This document shows positions 28,968-37,372 of a DNA stretch of 64,000 nt, one piece after another; the first letter of the stretch is position 1, and the number at the start of each line of letters is the position of its first letter. The notes below the pieces were generated by a model that did no database searches, was not told where the DNA came from, and saw only the letters and a program-made list of their open reading frames with translations. The DNA lies in contig OX639992.1 in NCBI GenBank assembly GCA_951828515.1, positions 2,146,217-2,210,216 on the forward strand, written 5' to 3'. Source of the stretch: an uncultured Poribacteria bacterium. Its GTDB lineage: Bacteria; Poribacteria; WGA-4E; WGA-3G. Made by a program: the position numbers and the translations under genes.

Positions 28968-29312
28968 TTAGTGAGCGGACGTATCTACAACTTCTGTTGT
29001 CGGTTGCGTTGCGCCTTCGATTCGTGAGTCTAACGTTAGGTCAGGCATCAACGCAAAAACGAGCAGAACGCAGATAATGAAGGGGGTCATTACGATAATC
29101 GCCAACGTCCGCCTTTCAAATTTCAGATGCATGAAATAATTTGCAACTAAGATGGCCTTAGCACATGCCAGTCCGATGAGCAGGATGGCTTTGACTACCG
29201 TCGGGAAATCCGGTATGACGACCAAAAGCTCAAGGACGGTCAGCCCGGTAAGCCACCAGAAAATATTCATGTATTTCGGATGCTCTTTGTGCCCATTCTG
29301 TGCCATTTTCAT
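28968..29312 (-). CDS. Cytochrome c oxidase subunit IV (prokaryotic COX4-like small subunit)
   Basis: 114 aa with 3 TM helices, directly downstream of coxIII. Confidence 0.45.
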   Translation of the reverse strand: MKMAQNGHKEHPKYMNIFWWLTGLTVLELLVVIPDFPTVVKAILLIGLACAKAILVANYFMHLKFERRTLAIIVMTPFIICVLLVFALMPDLTLDSRIEGATQPTTEVVDTSAH

Positions 29313-29318
29313 GTCCTC

Positions 29319-29969
29319 CTATAGTAGATAAATGAAGGTGAAAACCATAATCCAGATAAGATCAACGAAGTGCCAATAGAGCCCGACGATTTCTACCTCA
29401 TGGTTAAATTCAGCCGTATATCTACCGCGTAAGCCGTGGATTAAAATAACAATGAGGTAAATAACACCACCGGTCACGTGCATCCCGTGGAAACCCGTGA
29501 TGGCGTAGAAAGTGGGACCAAAAAGCGTTGAGCCACTAACTGCAGCACCCGACAACCCGTGGTCGGGAATACCCGTAAGTGTCAACCCGTGGTGAATCAG
29601 ATGATACCATTCATAAGCCTGTAGCCCAAGAAAGATTATGCCTCCCCCGATCGTCAATCCAAGGAACATGCACATGCGTGAGACATTGCCGTTCTGAATC
29701 GACTCCAGTGCTTTCACCATCGTGACACTGCTGCATATCAACAGGAATGTCATAAACGCGGTTAGCTCAATGCCAAGAATCTCAGTTGGCGGAACCCAAC
29801 CGATTGCGCCTGCACCTGCTCGGATAGCGGCATAAGCTGCCAACAAGGCACCAAACGACATGGTGTCCCCGACAAGGAAAACCCACATACCGAGCTTACC
29901 AAGACTGTCCGGTGTCAGCGAAGGCTCATATACGTCTTCAGTATGATCTAAAGTGGTAGCGTGTTCCAC
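29319..29969 (-). CDS. coxC: Cytochrome c oxidase subunit III
   Basis: Five to seven TM helices and heme-copper subunit III-like motifs (HGLT, HVTGG, HFVD). Confidence 0.75.
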   Translation of the reverse strand: MEHATTLDHTEDVYEPSLTPDSLGKLGMWVFLVGDTMSFGALLAAYAAIRAGAGAIGWVPPTEILGIELTAFMTFLLICSSVTMVKALESIQNGNVSRMCMFLGLTIGGGIIFLGLQAYEWYHLIHHGLTLTGIPDHGLSGAAVSGSTLFGPTFYAITGFHGMHVTGGVIYLIVILIHGLRGRYTAEFNHEVEIVGLYWHFVDLIWIMVFTFIYLL

Positions 29970-30025
29970 TATATCTAACTCCTTTCCGTTTTAAGAGTTG
30001 TCAGCTGTCAGTACGGGTGCTATGC

Positions 30026-30115
30026 ACCCTTTCAGTTATCAGTTAAGAGGTTTTCGTTTAACAAAAGCCTCTTTTAACCGACTACCGATGACCGATAACC
30101 GATAACCATTCCAAT
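30026..30115. repeat. Hairpin repeat element (CAGTTATCAG ... AAGAGGTTTTCGTTTAACAAAAGCCTCTT ... CCGATAACCGATAACC). It lies in the same orientation as the copy at 31598-31690.
   Basis: Direct reading. Encodes the C-terminus of ORF 30039-30320. Confidence 0.7.
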
Positions 30116-30317
30116 TTAAGAAAATCGTGCCGCCGATGAGACCGAAAACCGTAAACGGCATCGCCATCAGAAAAAGGACACTCCAATTAAAACCTTTAGC
30201 GATCGGCTCATCAAGTTCTTTACAGCCTGGACATGCCTCAACGGACATCGGAACTATAAATATGACGAGTACCAAGATGGCAGCCCATACAGCATTTGTA
30301 TAAAACGATTTGCTCAT
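30039..30317 (-). CDS. Small membrane protein (2 TM, CPGC motif); C-terminal 20 aa encoded by a repeat element
   Basis: Hydrophobic helices. ATG at 30317. Confidence 0.35.
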   Translation of the reverse strand: MSKSFYTNAVWAAILVLVIFIVPMSVEACPGCKELDEPIAKGFNWSVLFLMAMPFTVFGLIGGTIFLNWNGYRLSVIGSRLKEAFVKRKPLN

Positions 30318-30346
30318 CAAAGTATTCGGGCAGGATACCCCTTGCT

Positions 30347-31372
30347 TTAGCTCGGGGAGGAATGCCCGCTCCTATAATTAAAGTTTAGTTTTGTTAGAAC
30401 TTTGAAGTCCATTCGTTTGGCACTTGTTGTGAGTCGTTTTCCATCTAAACTGTAGAGAGCAAACAATCCTTTGGCGTTGATCCCTGCTAATCTTGTGAAT
30501 CCGTATTTGATATGCTTAACAAGTGTGTTCTTTATCAACCCCTCACAGAGCACAGTGCCGCCATATTTTGAACGAACACCCCCCTTTTTGTATTGTTCTC
30601 TATGCAGACTACGTCTCGCTATAGGTATCGGTGATATACAGAATAGGTCTGTATTCTCCAAAATAGGCCCGCCAATTGTATAATAAGCAAGACACCAAGA
30701 ATCTACACAATGCGCCTCAAAAGCGTCAGAGAGTTTCTTTGACGACTTCCTGAGACCGAGGCGATCCCGTATCTCTTTCGTCTCCCACCCTTGAAGCGTT
30801 AGGAGTTCCCACCGCTTTTTGACTTCATCATAGAACCATTGCTTACCGACTTCCAAAGGACTAAATGACGTATTCCATTTCTTGGCACTCTTGAGAGTTC
30901 TTGCTTTGATGTCCTCAACGCATACATGCGTCACAGGGAACAGTTTTGACAGCCACTCAAGGATGCGAAGTTTCCAGTCCCAACGTGCGCGTGTGCCAGC
31001 AGGAATACGCGCTTTATTCAAAAGTCGGTTTGTTCGGTTCTTGCGATTCGGACACTTCCGTGAACGTCTACCTCTACGCAACTCACACCGCTTTTCAACT
31101 TTCTTTCCAACTTTACTATGGGCATCGGCTTGCACATTTAAGTAGGTATGTGCTTTGGATTTGACAGTAAAGCCTTCCTTTTTGCTGCCCGGATCAACAC
31201 CGACAGCGATTTCTTGTGTTTCCCGTGCTACAGGCTCTTTGTTGAGGCGGATACAATAGATACCATTATCAAAATAGGGAGTTGCCTGACCGCGCTTTAC
31301 AAGTTTCCTTGCCCGCGCAGCGTGCATAGGCATCAGTTGTTGTCCGTCTTTGGTCTTAACAGGCACAAACAT
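30347..31372 (-). CDS. isrB: IscB-family RNA-guided nuclease lacking an HNH domain (IsrB-like, OMEGA system)
   Basis: N-terminal PLMP/RRXRR domain (KDGQQLMPMHAARARKLVKRGQA...IYCIRL). RuvC-I IAVGVDPGSKKEGFTV. Arg-rich bridge helix RRGRRSRKCPNRKNRTNR. RuvC-II VCVEDIKA. RuvC-III EAHCVDSWCLAYY. No CxxC..H..N..H HNH motif. The 341-aa length matches IsrB. Confidence 0.6.
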   Translation of the reverse strand: MFVPVKTKDGQQLMPMHAARARKLVKRGQATPYFDNGIYCIRLNKEPVARETQEIAVGVDPGSKKEGFTVKSKAHTYLNVQADAHSKVGKKVEKRCELRRGRRSRKCPNRKNRTNRLLNKARIPAGTRARWDWKLRILEWLSKLFPVTHVCVEDIKARTLKSAKKWNTSFSPLEVGKQWFYDEVKKRWELLTLQGWETKEIRDRLGLRKSSKKLSDAFEAHCVDSWCLAYYTIGGPILENTDLFCISPIPIARRSLHREQYKKGGVRSKYGGTVLCEGLIKNTLVKHIKYGFTRLAGINAKGLFALYSLDGKRLTTSAKRMDFKVLTKLNFNYRSGHSSPS

Positions 31373-31690
31373 AAGTTTGTATTCTCCTTTTCAGGGTATA
31401 TGTTTCCCCATCCAGATCATAGTATCCAAGAAGAATCAGACTTGGGGAGCATCCGAAACGTTGTTCTAACTGCCACGTCAAGATACTACGATATATTACT
31501 GTAGTCAACCGTTTAACTTGTGGAGTGGACGTTTGGCGGACGCTTCGCACAGGTCCCCCGAATTTATTCGGGGGTTATTGACTTAACACTTCCTTTTTAT
31601 AGGTGTCAGTGGTCAGTTTTCAGTTAAAGAGGACTCTGGTTCAACGGATCTGCCTTTTAACCGACTCCTGATAACCGATAACCAACAACC
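31373..31690 (-). ncRNA. Candidate omegaRNA region of the IsrB element
   Basis: A 318-bp non-coding stretch immediately 5' of isrB on the same strand. Contains a strong hairpin CCCCCGAATTTATTCGGGGG (31554-31573) and a repeat-element hairpin at the distal end. Placement is by analogy to known IsrB loci. Confidence 0.35.
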
Positions 31691-31691
31691 A

Positions 31692-32270
31692 TTAAAAGAG
31701 ATACACCAACACATAGAGAATTGGCCAGAGGGCGACAACAAAAATCCAGTAGATAGTACAAGTATCAATGCCGACGTAACCTTCGGCTGAGAAACGACCC
31801 GCCATCGCCATCCCAAAAACTATAAATAGCCAGATAACAGCACTCAGCACGTGAACGGCATGGCATCCGATGAGTACATAAAAGATACCACCATAGACAC
31901 CAGATTGGAGGGTAAGCCCATTGCGAATCAACTGTATCCATTCGCTTCCCTGTACGCCGAGGAAGAGTAAGCCAAGTCCTCCTGTAAGCAACAACCAATT
32001 GCGGAGTTGCTTCAGTTGGTCCTTCTGAATTGCGCGGCGTGCTTGAAACATCGTGTAGCCGCTCAATAGGAGAAGCACAGTGTTGATGCCGGTTACCGCG
32101 CGTGGCAGTTCAATCCCGATATGCGATGGTGGGGGCCAGGTGACATTTCCCACTCGAAAGACGAGAAATGTACCGATGAGCCCTGAAAACAGCATCGTCT
32201 CTGCACCCAGCAGGACTAATATTCCCAATCGTGCGTTGCTCAAGGGTGAACGTTGGTGCATTTCTGCCAT
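31692..32270 (-). CDS. Second cytochrome c oxidase subunit III-like protein
   Basis: Five TM helices and subunit III-like His pattern (HAVHVLS). Confidence 0.65.
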   Translation of the reverse strand: MAEMHQRSPLSNARLGILVLLGAETMLFSGLIGTFLVFRVGNVTWPPPSHIGIELPRAVTGINTVLLLLSGYTMFQARRAIQKDQLKQLRNWLLLTGGLGLLFLGVQGSEWIQLIRNGLTLQSGVYGGIFYVLIGCHAVHVLSAVIWLFIVFGMAMAGRFSAEGYVGIDTCTIYWIFVVALWPILYVLVYLF

Positions 32271-32512
32271 CAGTCACGCACCCTATTTCTTACAATCCGA
32301 AGAACAATCTCAACGACCGCGGCGATAACCAGTAGTAGTCCGATAACACCCAAAACAGGGACGACCAGACTCTTGATGACACTTTCAACAGACTGAGGTG
32401 CTTTGCTGCCTGTAATAATTGCAATCGTTACGACGACAAACAATCCTGCAAACAGTAGACACAAAATGAGTCCGAGGCGGCGGTTTTGCTTGCGGTGTTC
32501 TGGCGTGTTCAT
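32270..32512 (-). CDS. Small membrane protein (possible oxidase subunit IV-like)
   Basis: 80 aa with 2 TM helices. The start overlaps the coxIII-like gene by 4 bp. Confidence 0.3.
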   Translation of the reverse strand: MNTPEHRKQNRRLGLILCLLFAGLFVVVTIAIITGSKAPQSVESVIKSLVVPVLGVIGLLLVIAAVVEIVLRIVRNRVRD

Positions 32513-32529
32513 AATCTGCGGACTCCCGA

Positions 32530-33456
32530 CTAAATTTTATCCAACGCCATTGTGACAAATACCAACGGCAGATAGAGCAGCGAAGCATATAGCAGATAGC
32601 GTGCGGCTTTCACTGAACGTGTGCGTGCTAAATAGATACCGACTGCCAGAAACGCCACGCCTGATAGTAGTGCTGTGAAGAAATAGACTGTCCCGGCAAT
32701 GTTATACAACGTCGGTAACAAGCCTATTCCGAGGAGCGCGACGCAATTAACCACAATCTGGCGGCACGTGCTTGTCCCATCCGGATGAATGACCGGCAAC
32801 AAACGGAATCCTGCTTTTGCGTAGTCTTCGCGATAGATGTAGGCAATTGCGAGAGAATGCGGGATCTGCCACAAAAAGAGTATCGTAAACAGCACCCATG
32901 CCTCGCCTGTTAGCGAACCTCGTGCGGCAACCCATCCAACGACAGGTGGGAGCGCGCCGGGTACAGCACCAATAAGCGTACACAGTGAGGTTTTCCGCTT
33001 GAGTGGTGTATAGAGAAAGAGATAACTCACGACTATCAGCGAAATGACAAAACCGCTCAGCATATTGACGACGAATGTCAGGTAAAGCATCCCACTGCCT
33101 GTAAGGACAGCACCGACAAGAAGTGCGGTCAGAGGGCTCATTCTCCCGCCAGGGAGCGGTCTCTCCTGCGTCCGTTTCATCTGAGCGTCTACATCGCGCT
33201 CAAGGTATTGGTTGAGCCCTAAGACACCAGCAGCGGTCAATCCAGCACCAAAGAGAGTATGTAGACCTCGGAGCCAATCTACAGTCTGTTGTGCGCCGAG
33301 ATAGAAGCCGGCAGCAGTCGTAATGAGTATCATCACCACCAATCTCGGCTTGACGAGTTCGATAAAGTCTGCGACACTTGGCGCGAAAACGTCTTGCTTC
33401 GATGGTTGCTTCGCCGTATCTGTATTATCTGGCAATGTTACCGTTGTTGAACGCAT
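32530..33456 (-). CDS. ctaB: Protoheme IX farnesyltransferase (heme O synthase)
   Basis: UbiA prenyltransferase fold with 8-9 TM helices and D/N-rich motifs. Confidence 0.85.
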   Translation of the reverse strand: MRSTTVTLPDNTDTAKQPSKQDVFAPSVADFIELVKPRLVVMILITTAAGFYLGAQQTVDWLRGLHTLFGAGLTAAGVLGLNQYLERDVDAQMKRTQERPLPGGRMSPLTALLVGAVLTGSGMLYLTFVVNMLSGFVISLIVVSYLFLYTPLKRKTSLCTLIGAVPGALPPVVGWVAARGSLTGEAWVLFTILFLWQIPHSLAIAYIYREDYAKAGFRLLPVIHPDGTSTCRQIVVNCVALLGIGLLPTLYNIAGTVYFFTALLSGVAFLAVGIYLARTRSVKAARYLLYASLLYLPLVFVTMALDKI

Positions 33457-33556
33457 TTTTTAATTATACCTTGCGGAGGAATGACGTAGATTGAAATTTT
33501 GACCCACCATTCTCACGAGTCGCCCTCCACTTCGTTACGGGCTACGGTTACGAAAA
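33457..33556 (-). promoter_or_regulatory. Leader repeat family copy abutting the ctaB start
   Basis: TTTTTTAATTATACCTTGCGGAGG ... GTCGCCCTCCACTTCGTTACGGGCTACGG. Confidence 0.6.
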
Positions 33557-33650
33557 TTAGCTTAAGACAACAGCTTGCAACAGCGGCACAGGGAGATATG
33601 AGAGAAATATCAACAAACCAATCGCCTCATTAACGCCTTGCAAATCATTG

Positions 33651-34775
33651 TTATTCTGTGGCGAGCGCATCCGTCGCGGGTGCTCTGACAACTACCGATG
33701 CATCAGTGAACCGGTAGATTTTCAGGGTAAGCACAAAACTGCTCACCAACATAAGCGCACCGACTGCGACATGCGCAGTCGTGATTGTGACCGTGAGTGC
33801 GGTTGCAAATGTTTCTCCGAAGGCGGTAAGTTTCGCGAAAAACGCCCCAGTGCCGAGCATCAACTGAATAGCAAGCAAACCCAGCAATAACATAGGTATC
33901 GATTGCCCAATTCTCTGGGCGTCACTATTCATACTAAGAACACGTCTCGCCAATAAAAAGATATGCAACGCGACCAGAAAAGCAAAGAGCAGATGTGCGT
34001 CAAGTCTGCTTCCGGTATGCCGCAAAATCGCGCCAAAGATGAGTTGCACATAAATAAGGCACGTCGTAATCAGGCTTAACCGGCGTAACTTCTGTGCTTT
34101 AAGATGGCTTTCGGCTCTCGGCTCTCGGCTTTCAGCAAGAGGGTTTTTGTTAAACGAAAACCTCTTTACCGACTGCTGATTGCTGATTGCTGATTGCCTG
34201 TCTGGTTCGCTTTTTGGCGCAGCTTGCAAGCCAAAACTTGCTGTACGAAAGTCCTGCCACCAATCGCGAGAGGTGAACCAAGCAATTCCACAAAGCAGGG
34301 CAAAAAACGCTTGTGCGAGACATGCATGTACGATCGCGAAGTTGAGATTAATCTGTGTAACCCGAAGTCCACCGAGAACGCCTTGCACAATGACAGCGAC
34401 CAAGGCAACAAATCCAAGCCATTTTAACCATTTGCGTGAATCTCTCACCAAAAGGAAAACCAAGAGACCGACTGTCAAAAGTCCAACAAGGGAGCCCATG
34501 AGCCGATGACTATGTTCGTATAGGATGCCTCCTACCATTTCCGAGAGTGGATAGAGAAACATATTATACCCAAAGGTCGTCGGCCAATCAGGCACTGCTA
34601 ATCCCGATTCTGTACTTGTGACAATCCCACCGATGACAATCAACAAGAAAGTCGCGACTGCGGTAGCGCGTGCTATTCTATGTAGCCATAGGCTATAATT
34701 GGGTGGAAGATTGGAAGATTGGAAGATTGGGTATCCACCCTTCCTCTCTTCCCTCCTTCCAGTCTTCTCTTCCAT
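33651..34775 (-). CDS. ctaA: Heme A synthase (CtaA/COX15, type 2 lacking the loop cysteines) with a repeat-encoded ~60-aa insertion in the central loop
   Basis: Eight TM helices, HRLMG and HIFLLARR His motifs, VPDWP loop. The central loop (ISNQQSVKRFSFNKNPLAESREPRAES) is encoded by the hairpin repeat element at 34090-34200. Confidence 0.65.
   Translation of the reverse strand: MEEKTGRREERKGGYPIFQSSNLPPNYSLWLHRIARATAVATFLLIVIGGIVTSTESGLAVPDWPTTFGYNMFLYPLSEMVGGILYEHSHRLMGSLVGLLTVGLLVFLLVRDSRKWLKWLGFVALVAVIVQGVLGGLRVTQINLNFAIVHACLAQAFFALLCGIAWFTSRDWWQDFRTASFGLQAAPKSEPDRQSAISNQQSVKRFSFNKNPLAESREPRAESHLKAQKLRRLSLITTCLIYVQLIFGAILRHTGSRLDAHLLFAFLVALHIFLLARRVLSMNSDAQRIGQSIPMLLLGLLAIQLMLGTGAFFAKLTAFGETFATALTVTITTAHVAVGALMLVSSFVLTLKIYRFTDASVVVRAPATDALATE
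34090..34200. repeat. Hairpin repeat element (GCTTTCGGCTCTCGGCTCTCGGC ... GGTTTTTGTTAAACGAAAACCTCTTT ... CTGATTGCTGATTGCTGATTGC) embedded in-frame in ctaA
   Basis: Same family as 30026-30115, 31598-31690 and 38150-38245. Confidence 0.65.
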
Positions 34776-34795
34776 CCTTCCATCTACCTCCGTTA
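34716..34795. repeat. GAAGATTGG x3 microsatellite followed by a ~55-nt polypyrimidine tract at the coxA/ctaA junction
   Basis: Direct reading. Confidence 0.8.
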
Positions 34796-36616
34796 GTCCC
34801 CACTGGTCGCGGGTGCATGCTCAGGTTGCGCCTGCGGGATCCAATCATTTTCTTCACCGGGAACACTATATTCATAGGGACCGCGGTAGACAGTCGGAAT
34901 TTGACCGAAATTGCCGTGTGGCACAGGCGTAGGTGCCTCCCATTCCAAGGTGGTTACCTGCCATGGATTCTGTTCGGCAACTTTTCCACGGTATATGCTC
35001 CAGAAGAAGTTAAAGACCAGTATCAACTGTGCAAATCCGAGGGTAAACGCACTCATCGTGATAAAGATGTTCATGCCCTCAAACCCTTGCAGGAATTCAT
35101 ACTGCATCGGGTTGGAGATACGCCGCATGTGTCCACCTACACCGAGAATATGCATCGGGAAGAAGGTACAGTTGAACGCGACGAACGTCAGCCAAAAATG
35201 AATTTTGGAGAGTACATCGTTCATATAACGTCCGTACATCTTCGGGAACCAGAAGACTATGCCGCCGAAAATAGCGAATAGACTTCCACCAAACACAACG
35301 TAGTGAATGTGAGCGACAATATAATACGTATCGTGGATGAAGATGTCGACCGGTGTGTTTGCCATATAGATACCGCTCAACCCACCGATTACAAACATCG
35401 AGACGAAAGCGATACCGTGCAACATGGGTGTCGTGAATTTGATTGACCCTCGGAACATTGTCCCCAGCCAGTTAAATGTTTTGATGGCTGACGGCACCGC
35501 AATGAGCATAGTTGTCGTCATGAATACAGAGCCGAGTCCGGGCCGCATTCCACTTTGGAACATGTGGTGTCCCCAGACGATCCATCCCAAAAACGCGATG
35601 GCAATCATGGCGTAAACCATGGACCGGTATCCGAAGATAGGTTTCCGTGAAAAGACAGCAATTAATTCAGAAGCGATACCCATACCGGGCAAGATGAGGA
35701 TATAGACCTCAGGGTGTCCGAAGAACCAGAAGAGGTGCTGCCACAAGAGCGGGTCGCCGCCGCCTTCAGCTGTTGCAGAGAAGAACGTCGTTCCCGCAAG
35801 CCTATCAAAGATAAGAAGTGCGAGCGCAGACGACAGCACGGGGAAGGCGAGTAGCAACAGGATCGCGACGATGAAAAGCGACCAGATAACTAAGGGGAGT
35901 CGGAAGAACGTCATCCCAGGTGCGCGCATATTGATGATCGTCGTGATGTAGTTAATAGATCCGACCAGCGAGGAAAACCCTTGAATGAGCAAACTAATTG
36001 CCCAGAGGTTTTGTCCCCACTCGACCCCCGTCCACTGCGGATCGGCAGAGAGCGGTGCGTAGCCTGTCCATCCAGCAGCGGCGTGACCGCCGGGTACAAA
36101 GAACCCGATTGCCATAATAATTGCAGCGAGAACCGCGAGCCAAAATGAGAGCATGTTGAGGATAGGAAACGCCATATCGCGTGTCCCAATCATCAACGGA
36201 ATCAGGAAATTTCCGAAAGTCCCCACCAAGATCGGAACCACGACGAAGAACACCATAATAGTGGCATGCATCGTAAACAGCATGTTGTAAAATGCCGGTT
36301 CGACGACCCCATTGGGCATGTTTACCTCAAGCCACTCCTCTTTCTCGGACTCATAAATGTTCTCCCACATCCTGTCAGCCCCGGTGACAACTTCACCTTC
36401 ATCCATGTATTGCTGCGATGCGCCGATAATCGGCAAAGGTCTTTCAGGATAGGCGAGTTGCCATCTAAAAAGGAGTGCGAGCCCACCACCGACGAAAAAC
36501 ATAATCAGTCCGTAGATAAGGAACTGCTTGCCGATCATCTTGTGGTCGAGCGAAAAGATGTATTTTCTAATAAAACTTTCTTCGTGATGATGTGACGCAT
36601 GTTCGTTATCGTGCAT
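34793..36616 (-). CDS. coxA: Cytochrome c oxidase subunit I (heme-copper oxidase)
   Basis: Twelve-TM protein with the canonical heme a/a3-CuB His motifs (WFFGHPEVY, HHMF, GGLSGI). Confidence 0.9.
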   Translation of the reverse strand: MHDNEHASHHHEESFIRKYIFSLDHKMIGKQFLIYGLIMFFVGGGLALLFRWQLAYPERPLPIIGASQQYMDEGEVVTGADRMWENIYESEKEEWLEVNMPNGVVEPAFYNMLFTMHATIMVFFVVVPILVGTFGNFLIPLMIGTRDMAFPILNMLSFWLAVLAAIIMAIGFFVPGGHAAAGWTGYAPLSADPQWTGVEWGQNLWAISLLIQGFSSLVGSINYITTIINMRAPGMTFFRLPLVIWSLFIVAILLLLAFPVLSSALALLIFDRLAGTTFFSATAEGGGDPLLWQHLFWFFGHPEVYILILPGMGIASELIAVFSRKPIFGYRSMVYAMIAIAFLGWIVWGHHMFQSGMRPGLGSVFMTTTMLIAVPSAIKTFNWLGTMFRGSIKFTTPMLHGIAFVSMFVIGGLSGIYMANTPVDIFIHDTYYIVAHIHYVVFGGSLFAIFGGIVFWFPKMYGRYMNDVLSKIHFWLTFVAFNCTFFPMHILGVGGHMRRISNPMQYEFLQGFEGMNIFITMSAFTLGFAQLILVFNFFWSIYRGKVAEQNPWQVTTLEWEAPTPVPHGNFGQIPTVYRGPYEYSVPGEENDWIPQAQPEHAPATSGD

Positions 36617-36636
36617 CGTTATCGTCCTCCTTCAGC

Positions 36637-37302
36637 CTACTGAGGCCATCTTTCTTGCACCCAGGCATTGTAGTTTTCTTGCGTATGCACATTGAGATAC
36701 CCAAGCATCCCGGAGTGTCCAAATCCACACAATTCAGCGCACGGAATTTCATAACGACCTGCCTTTGTTGCCTCAAACCAGACGTTGATAAATCGGTTGG
36801 GCAAGCTATCCTGTTTCAGTCGCAACTGTGGCACAAAAAAACTGTGGATGACATCCACGGAGGTTAAGCGGATATGCACGACCGCGTTGATCGGCACATG
36901 CAATTCGTTTTCTAACTCCAAGTCATCATCTGTTCCGAACTCGTTATCGGGACCGGGATAGGTCATATCCCAGTTAAACTGTTTTCCACTGACCTGGACA
37001 ACAACATCTGGATTCTCAGGAAATTGCGTAGGCGACTTAATATTGTTCCACTGTGGGTAACTGAGCATAGCGAGTCCAAAGACAATTACCGTTGTAGCAG
37101 CTGTCCAGACGATTTCAACCGTTGTGCTACCTTCAATGTAGTGTGCCCTCTTCCCTTCCTGATGGCGATACTTAATCAGGAAAACGATAAGGGTTCCCAT
37201 CACAAGGATGAACACAACGAGGGTAAGATAATAGATAGCGTAAAAGAGGCTATCAACGCTTTGCCCGAACGTTGATACGTTCTCTGGGAGCCATTGCAGC
37301 AT
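36637..37302 (-). CDS. coxB: Cytochrome c oxidase subunit II (CuA; no fused cytochrome c domain)
   Basis: Two N-terminal TM helices. CuA site H...CAELCGFGHSGM. Confidence 0.85.
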   Translation of the reverse strand: MLQWLPENVSTFGQSVDSLFYAIYYLTLVVFILVMGTLIVFLIKYRHQEGKRAHYIEGSTTVEIVWTAATTVIVFGLAMLSYPQWNNIKSPTQFPENPDVVVQVSGKQFNWDMTYPGPDNEFGTDDDLELENELHVPINAVVHIRLTSVDVIHSFFVPQLRLKQDSLPNRFINVWFEATKAGRYEIPCAELCGFGHSGMLGYLNVHTQENYNAWVQERWPQ

Positions 37303-37372
37303 AGGTCCTCCTTAACAGTGCGTCTCACTCATTGAAAAGTGAAAACGCGTCAAATTTTTGTTTCTAACAAGT

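Noticed and set aside
30347-31372. Full IscB (with HNH) or TnpB assignment for the RuvC protein
   Set aside because: There is no CxxC…H…N…H…CxxC HNH insertion between RuvC-II and RuvC-III. The N-terminal PLMP/RRXRR domain is present, and TnpB lacks it. It is therefore called IsrB-like.
31356-31816. Small ORFs 31356-31550 and 31613-31816 in the region upstream of isrB
   Set aside because: No SD. They overlap repeat-element hairpins and the coxIII-like 3' end. The region is treated as non-coding (candidate omegaRNA).
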